Below the pieces are notes generated by a model. That model searched no databases. It worked only from the letters and a program-made list of their open reading frames with translations, and was not told where the DNA came from. Positions 58,618-64,000 of a stretch of 64,000 bases of DNA are shown here, piece after piece; positions within the stretch are counted from its first letter, which is position 1, and each line of letters starts with the position of its first letter. Location: contig CAVPPB010000003.1 in assembly GCA_963707215.1 (NCBI GenBank), forward strand, positions 32,001 to 96,000, read 5' to 3'. Source of the DNA: an uncultured Chloroflexia bacterium (GTDB lineage Bacteria > Chloroflexota > Limnocylindria > Limnocylindrales > CSP1-4). A program made the position numbers and the translations under genes.

Positions 58618-60252
58618 TCAGTCTTCGCGGTCGCTGGTCGATCCAGGCCCGGGTTGGTCGGGAGCCGGCTCGACCGGGACGCCGGCATCAAGGTCGGCGC
58701 CCTCGGCCCAGGGTCCTAAATCACCGGCCGCGCCGGGTGTGACGCCCATCGCGCGCTGGCGAGCCGAGGACAGCGCTTCGGCCGAGGCGATGTGGATCTC
58801 CGAGGAGGCGGCCACGGCCGCCGTGTCGAACGCACCGGGCGGCGATGCCTCGAGGTCCTCCCGCTGGCCGAGCTCCTCGGGTCGAAGCGGACCGCGCAGG
58901 AAGACCGAGGCGATCCCGAAGCACACGACGAGGATGCCGATGGCCGTGATCACGAACGTCGTCCCGACGAGGTCGCTGATCGGCCCAACGATCAGGATCG
59001 GCAGGAAGCTGGCCACCGAGATGAGCATGTTCAGCACGCCGAAGACCCGGCCTCGGACCTCCTCTGGGAGCTCCTCCTGGAGCTGCGTCTGCGAGGTCAC
59101 GAACAGGAATGCGTAGGCGATCCCTGCCAGGAAGCCGATCGCGATGACCACCACGAGGAGCGACGTCCCGGCCGAGAACTCGACCACGTCCTGGCCCGCT
59201 CCGGCCTGGGTCACGAACCGGGCGATCGGGGCCGAGACTGCAAGCAGCCCGAGCAGGACGCCGAGGGCCACCAGCCCGACCTCGATGATCCGTCTGCGGG
59301 CGAGGAAGCGGCCGTACGTGTTCAGCAGGAGGATGCCGAGCACGACGCCGACCCCAAGCGGCAGGACGACGACCACGAAGTCCTTGGACTCCAGTCCCAG
59401 GACGTCCTTGGCGAAGTCGGGGCCGAGCACCCCGAGGACGCCGATCAGCGACGCCCCGATCGCCAGGTAGAGGAGCGACCAGGAGATGCTCCGGTGCGCC
59501 CGGATGTAGCCGAGGCCTTCGCGCAGCTCGGCGACCGTCCGACCGACCGCCTCGCGGGCCCCGTCGCGGCCCTCCCCGGTGGCCGCCGACACGACGGGCG
59601 GTGACGCCGGGAGGGCGAAGCAGAACGCGGCCGCGATGAGGTACAGGACGGCGACGACGACGATGACCGCTTCCGGCGAGGCGATGTTGACCACCAGCGG
59701 GCCGAGGAGGGCGAAGCCGATCGCGAACGAGGCATTAAGGGTGAAGACGAAGATCCCGTTGGCCGCGAGGAGCTGGCCGCGCGGCACGAGCGACGGGATC
59801 ATGGCGGCTTCGGCCGGGGCGAAGAAGACGGTCAGCGTGGAGACGGTGACGTTCATCGTCAGCAGCGCGAGCACACCAAGGCTCAGGACGGCGACCGGCG
59901 GGACCAGCTGGAGGGCGATGAAGAACGTCGCCGCATAGACGCCGGCCCGGGCGATGTTGGTGACGAGGAGGATCACTCGTCGGTCGTAGCGATCGACGTA
60001 GACGCCGGCCGCCGCGGAGAAGAGCACGGCCGGAGCCAGGTAGCTGATGATCAGGAGGCTGACCGCGGTGCTCGACCCGGTCGCGTCCGAGACGATGATG
60101 GTGAGCCCGAAGAGGACCATGTTGCCGCCGACCTGTGTCGCCAGCTGGGAGAGCCAGAGCAGCAGGAACGGTCGGTTCCGGAAGACCTCGATCGCGTTCC
60201 CGTCCGGTGCGCCGGGCGACGACGACGGAGCCGTAGACGGTTCCGTGCTCAC
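58618..60252 (-). CDS. MFS transporter (DHA3/EntS-like)
   Basis: GTG overlapping the DUF951 stop; FLLLWLSQ, GVYVDRYDRR, FFAPAEAAMIP, RGRVFG. Confidence 0.9.
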   Translation of the reverse strand: MSTEPSTAPSSSPGAPDGNAIEVFRNRPFLLLWLSQLATQVGGNMVLFGLTIIVSDATGSSTAVSLLIISYLAPAVLFSAAAGVYVDRYDRRVILLVTNIARAGVYAATFFIALQLVPPVAVLSLGVLALLTMNVTVSTLTVFFAPAEAAMIPSLVPRGQLLAANGIFVFTLNASFAIGFALLGPLVVNIASPEAVIVVVAVLYLIAAAFCFALPASPPVVSAATGEGRDGAREAVGRTVAELREGLGYIRAHRSISWSLLYLAIGASLIGVLGVLGPDFAKDVLGLESKDFVVVVLPLGVGVVLGILLLNTYGRFLARRRIIEVGLVALGVLLGLLAVSAPIARFVTQAGAGQDVVEFSAGTSLLVVVIAIGFLAGIAYAFLFVTSQTQLQEELPEEVRGRVFGVLNMLISVASFLPILIVGPISDLVGTTFVITAIGILVVCFGIASVFLRGPLRPEELGQREDLEASPPGAFDTAAVAASSEIHIASAEALSSARQRAMGVTPGAAGDLGPWAEGADLDAGVPVEPAPDQPGPGSTSDRED

Positions 60253-60509
60253 CGGTCCGTAGCCGTGACCCGGGCGGACGGGATCGCCGGGTCCGGGCTC
60301 ATCATCCCTGGGCCACGCGCGACGAAGCCGGTCAACCGTCGTTCCAGGCGCCCGCGCTCGACGAGGACGTGGCGCCCGCAGCCACTGCAGCGAAGGCCGA
60401 TGTCCGCTCCCAGGCGATCGACGGTCCAGGTGTCCGCCCCGCACGGATGGGCTCGCCGAAGGCGCAGGACATCGCCCAGGGTCAGCGGCAGGACGGGTCG
60501 GTCGGCCAT
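60249..60509 (-). CDS. DUF951 domain protein
   Basis: LGDVLRLRRAHPCG...W...RLGADIGLRCSGCGR. Confidence 0.9.
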   Translation of the reverse strand: MADRPVLPLTLGDVLRLRRAHPCGADTWTVDRLGADIGLRCSGCGRHVLVERGRLERRLTGFVARGPGMMSPDPAIPSARVTATDR

Positions 60510-60522
60510 CGGGCCGAGGGTA

Positions 60523-61197
60523 TCAGAGCGTCGGCTGACCGTGAGCCGGGATCGCGGGCCGCGAGGTGGCCGGCAGGGAGAGGCGGTCGATCGGGGTCAC
60601 GGTGACCTCCACCTCGGGGCGGGTCGCCTCGAGGAGGGTGACGATCCCGCCCGGACGGGTCAGGGCCCCGGTGAGGCCGTCGGGGGATCCCACGGCGTCG
60701 ATCAAGAGGGGCGACTGGAGCGGGCGATCCTCGACCGAGAGGTCGCCCGCCGCGCCGGCGACGACCGTGGAACCGATGATCCGGACGCCGCCGATGGCCA
60801 TCGCCTCGGCCCCGGCGTTGCGGAGCTCGTTGAGGAGGTCCATGGCCGCCTCGCCGTCGAGTGGGCCGGCCACGGTGAGTCGGACGCCGCGCCCCTCCAC
60901 CGGCTCGAGGCCGCTCCAGGCACGGATCCGGTCCAGGTCGTCCTCCAGGGCGCCGAGGGTGGACTCGCCCCGTGCCCGGGAACCCTGGAGATCGCGCAAG
61001 TCACGCTCCTTGCTGGCGATCTCACCGCGCAACTGGTCGTTGCGCAGGTTCAGGTTGGCGATGATGACCGTCAGCTCCTGGGCGGTCCGGCCGGCGAGGT
61101 CCGCTCCGGGGTCGGTCGATCGGAGCTGCAGCACCACCAGGAACCCAAGCACGATGGCCACCGCGGTGAGGGCCAGCTGTGCCGCCGGTCGCCGCAT
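60523..61197 (-). CDS. DUF881 domain protein
   Basis: N-terminal TM, coiled coil, GLEPVEGRGV, NELRNAGAEAMAI. Confidence 0.88.
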   Translation of the reverse strand: MRRPAAQLALTAVAIVLGFLVVLQLRSTDPGADLAGRTAQELTVIIANLNLRNDQLRGEIASKERDLRDLQGSRARGESTLGALEDDLDRIRAWSGLEPVEGRGVRLTVAGPLDGEAAMDLLNELRNAGAEAMAIGGVRIIGSTVVAGAAGDLSVEDRPLQSPLLIDAVGSPDGLTGALTRPGGIVTLLEATRPEVEVTVTPIDRLSLPATSRPAIPAHGQPTL

Positions 61198-61976
61198 CAG
61201 GAGTCCGCTCCCGCGGAGGGTGACGGCGCTGGTGACTCGATCGGCCTGGCATAGCGGATCGTGACCGAGCCGGCGAAGGCCGGGACGATCACCGAGTCCG
61301 GCTCGGCCACCGACACCCCGATGCCGAAGGCCTCGCTGCGGGCTCGGAGGAAGTCGACGAAGCCACTGGAGGCCGACAGGCGATCGAACAGCTCTTCGGA
61401 ACCGATCGCGGTGATCCGATATGGAGGCGTCAGGTACGCGGAGTTCACCAGGATCGAACCACCGATGTCCAGGATCGCGCTCGAGGCCGTCAGCCGCTCA
61501 CCGTTGACGGCGATCGCCTCGGCCCCGGCGAGCCATAGCTCCTCCGCGACGGTCCGGACGTCGAGGCCGGTGACCAGATAGTCGGTGTCATTGCCGCCCG
61601 GTGGGATCGAGACGGCTGCGTCGTCGAGCTGGAGGACGATCCCGGTGCCCTCGAGCGGTACGAGACCGGCGGCGATACGGGCCTCTTCGAGCCGGTCATT
61701 GAGCTCGTTGACCAGGGCTGCCGATCCCTCGCTCTCCATCTGGAGCCGACGGATCTCCTCGTCCAGTTCCAGGACCCGTACCTTGAGCTCGTCCTGCGTC
61801 GCCTGGAGGTCCAGGGCGGTCTGGACGAGCGGCGGCCGCTCCTGGGAGGTGTAGCGGACCCGGGGTGCCTCTGACGTCAGCTGGGCCGCAACCAGGAACC
61901 CGAGCGTCAGCAGCGCCAGCGCGAGCGTGATCTGCCAGGTCGGGATAGCGCGGACGCGCGCCGGCAAGCTGGTCAT
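61197..61976 (-). CDS. DUF881 domain protein
   Basis: N-terminal TM, coiled coil, AGLVPLEGTGI, ELWLAGAEAIAVNGER, PPYRITAIG. Confidence 0.9.
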   Translation of the reverse strand: MTSLPARVRAIPTWQITLALALLTLGFLVAAQLTSEAPRVRYTSQERPPLVQTALDLQATQDELKVRVLELDEEIRRLQMESEGSAALVNELNDRLEEARIAAGLVPLEGTGIVLQLDDAAVSIPPGGNDTDYLVTGLDVRTVAEELWLAGAEAIAVNGERLTASSAILDIGGSILVNSAYLTPPYRITAIGSEELFDRLSASSGFVDFLRARSEAFGIGVSVAEPDSVIVPAFAGSVTIRYARPIESPAPSPSAGADS

Positions 61977-63352
61977 GGGTCCGGGTGCTCAGACGACGAC
62001 GGCGATCCTTCCGTGACGCGACGACGACGGCCACGGACCAGCGCCAGGACCAGACCCGCTCCGGCCCCGATCGTGAGTCCAAGGACCAGCGGCCCCAGCC
62101 ACCTCCCGAGCCCGGCGTCGGTGGCACCCCCGTCGCCGGAGGTCGGCGCTCCCGGGGTCGCCGATGCCGTCGGGGCGACCGGGTCCTTGAGCGCCGTCCA
62201 GCCCGCCGGCAGTGGTCCAGGTGGATCGGGCTGCGGGCCGACAGGGTCCGGGACCTCGGCACCGAGGGACGCGAACCACTCGGCATTGAAGGCGGCCACG
62301 TCCATCCCGATCGCGGCCCGGAAGGCCTCGTCGTCGGTGACCCCGTCCTGGTAGGACCGGATGAGGCCGACCATCGCGTCCTCGCCGTACTGCGAGATCA
62401 GGTGGTCGAGCGCCGAAACGCTCTCGGCGTAGGCGAGGAAGAAGCCCTCGCGGGTCGTGGGGAACTGGCCGACGAGCCCGTCGAGCGGGATGAGCGAGCC
62501 ATCCTGGGCCGCAGCCTCGACGGCGCGTCGATCGCTTGGCTTGTAGCCCTCGGACAGGTAGCTGGCGAGCCCTTCGTTGAGCCACCTTGGTGGGAAGTGG
62601 TACGGGTTCGAGACGGCCGTGTCGAAGACGAGATGGACGAGCTCATGGGGTACGACGACCCCGACCCAGGGATCGTCGATCTCGTCGGGCGTGATGAGCG
62701 CGAAGAGCGTCCGGATCTCGGCGTTGGCCTGCCCTCCGACGTTCTCTCGGGTCCCCGGCCCGAGGGCGTCGTAGAAGGACGCCTGGTCGGCGTAGACGAA
62801 GAAGTCGATCGGGTCCGTCTCGGTGACGCCAAGCAGCGCTTCTGCCTCTCCGACAGCCGCCTCCCCGATGTCCAGCGCCCGGAGGGCGAACGCCTCGGAG
62901 CCCTCGTACCAGTGGACGCTCACGATGTCGCCGACGACGGTCCGCCAGGAGAAGCGATCGTCCTCGTAGCGGACCTCGACCGCGGGCCCCAGGTGGCTCG
63001 TGCCGTCCGCCGATCGCAGCCTCCACCGGGCCTCGACCAGCGTGTTCGGGAGAAGATGGCCGTCGGCCGAGAGGTCGAATCGGTGCTCGAGGACGTTGGA
63101 ACCCGCACGGCCCGGGACCGGGGTCTCGATGACCAGCGGCCCGATGGACGAAGGGAAGGTGAGGAGGAGCTCCACCCGATCGACGGCGGTTCCCAGCTCG
63201 ACCGGCTGGCGGAACTCGAGGCCCACCCCGAACCGACTCTCGGCCGTCGGTGTGCCGAAGTCGACGACGGCGACCGCCCGGGCCGGCGGCGGGGCGGCCA
63301 GGGCCAGGACGGCGACGACCATGGCCACGACGAGTCCGGCCTGGCGGCTCAC
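61973..63352 (-). CDS. Peptidase MA family metallohydrolase, secreted with C-terminal membrane anchor
   Basis: Signal peptide; HELVH...WLNEGLA zinc motif; Pro-rich linker then TM and Arg-rich tail. Confidence 0.88.
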   Translation of the reverse strand: MSRQAGLVVAMVVAVLALAAPPPARAVAVVDFGTPTAESRFGVGLEFRQPVELGTAVDRVELLLTFPSSIGPLVIETPVPGRAGSNVLEHRFDLSADGHLLPNTLVEARWRLRSADGTSHLGPAVEVRYEDDRFSWRTVVGDIVSVHWYEGSEAFALRALDIGEAAVGEAEALLGVTETDPIDFFVYADQASFYDALGPGTRENVGGQANAEIRTLFALITPDEIDDPWVGVVVPHELVHLVFDTAVSNPYHFPPRWLNEGLASYLSEGYKPSDRRAVEAAAQDGSLIPLDGLVGQFPTTREGFFLAYAESVSALDHLISQYGEDAMVGLIRSYQDGVTDDEAFRAAIGMDVAAFNAEWFASLGAEVPDPVGPQPDPPGPLPAGWTALKDPVAPTASATPGAPTSGDGGATDAGLGRWLGPLVLGLTIGAGAGLVLALVRGRRRRVTEGSPSSSEHPDP

Positions 63353-63999
63353 TCCCATGCCAGCCCCGCCATCCGGATGATCGACAGGCCGTTCTGGCCG
63401 GCCCCGAGGAGACCCGCGCGCGACAGCGCCCAGGAGGTCGAGTACTCCAGGGGCACCACCGGCACATCACGCTGGACGATGGTCTCGGCTTCGTCGAAGG
63501 CTGTCTGGGCAGCGGCCGGGTCGGATGCCTCGAGCGCCCGCCCGATGGCGTCGTCGAACTCGGGTGAGGACCAGCGCCCGTAGTTGCTCGTCCGTCCCGT
63601 CCCGAGCAGGATCCCGAGGAAGTCGTTGCGGCCCGGGTAGTCGGCGACCCAGCCGAGCCCCCAGATCGCGGGCGGGTCCCTATCCAGGCGGGCCGTGTAG
63701 GTACCGAAGTCCATCGCCTCGACAGCCACGTCGACCCCCAGCTCCTCGCGGATCTGGGTCGCCACAGCCTCGTCGTGACCGACCGCCGTGACCATGGTGA
63801 CGGCCGGGAAACCGACCCCGTCCGGGAACCCAGCCTCGGCGAGCAGGGTCCTGGCCGCCTCCGGGTCGTGGACCGGCATGAAGTCACGCTCGGACCGACC
63901 CGGGATCCCGGGCGGGACCATGCTTGTGGCGGGCACCGCCGTTCCATCCGATGCCAGCTCGACGATGCGACGCCAGTCGACGGCGTGGCCGAAGGCCTG
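63349..63999 (-). CDS. Peptide ABC transporter substrate-binding protein, family 5 (5'-truncated by window edge)
   Basis: AFGHAVDW, DPEAARTLLAEAG, GWVADYP, DVPVVPL. Confidence 0.88.
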   Translation of the reverse strand, partial: QAFGHAVDWRRIVELASDGTAVPATSMVPPGIPGRSERDFMPVHDPEAARTLLAEAGFPDGVGFPAVTMVTAVGHDEAVATQIREELGVDVAVEAMDFGTYTARLDRDPPAIWGLGWVADYPGRNDFLGILLGTGRTSNYGRWSSPEFDDAIGRALEASDPAAAQTAFDEAETIVQRDVPVVPLEYSTSWALSRAGLLGAGQNGLSIIRMAGLAWE

Positions 64000-64000
64000 A

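Overview
GC-rich bacterial chromosomal window. The gene set and order (yerC-his cluster, rny-ymdB-PHP-miaB-miaA-hflX, DUF881/DUF951, T-box-controlled thrS) suggest Chloroflexota, possibly the Limnocylindria/Ellin6529 lineage; this is inference. Bases 1-8100 are an accessory patch of short, mostly + strand genes (pirin, TfoX, DUF6855, a Cys-rich peptide, two VOC proteins, prolyl oligopeptidase, MDR oxidoreductase, hemerythrin-domain protein) with gene remnants between them. A 28-bp XerCD dif-like site at 8313-8340 sits where the dominant gene orientation flips, so the window probably contains the replication terminus. The rest is core genome, mostly on the - strand: hflX, miaAB, rny, recAX, tgt, ruvABC split by an Rrf2-RppH insert, EF-G2, his operon, tyrS, class A PBP, mutS2, pheST, rplT-rpmI-infC, thrS with a Thr T-box, and tRNA-Val(GAC). 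Main candidates for something new: (1) an ~84-nt hairpin sRNA with its own -10 element and three DnaA-box-like motifs, 2.4 kb from dif; (2) the dif site and its structured flank; (3) a TrpR-like 8-bp-period operator between hisA and yerC-hisG; (4) CTG starts overlapping upstream stops (recX, mpg); (5) small proteins not called as such in the ORF track (55 aa before recA, 87-aa Cys/His-rich peptide). All family calls come from motif recognition by eye; no database search or folding computation was run.
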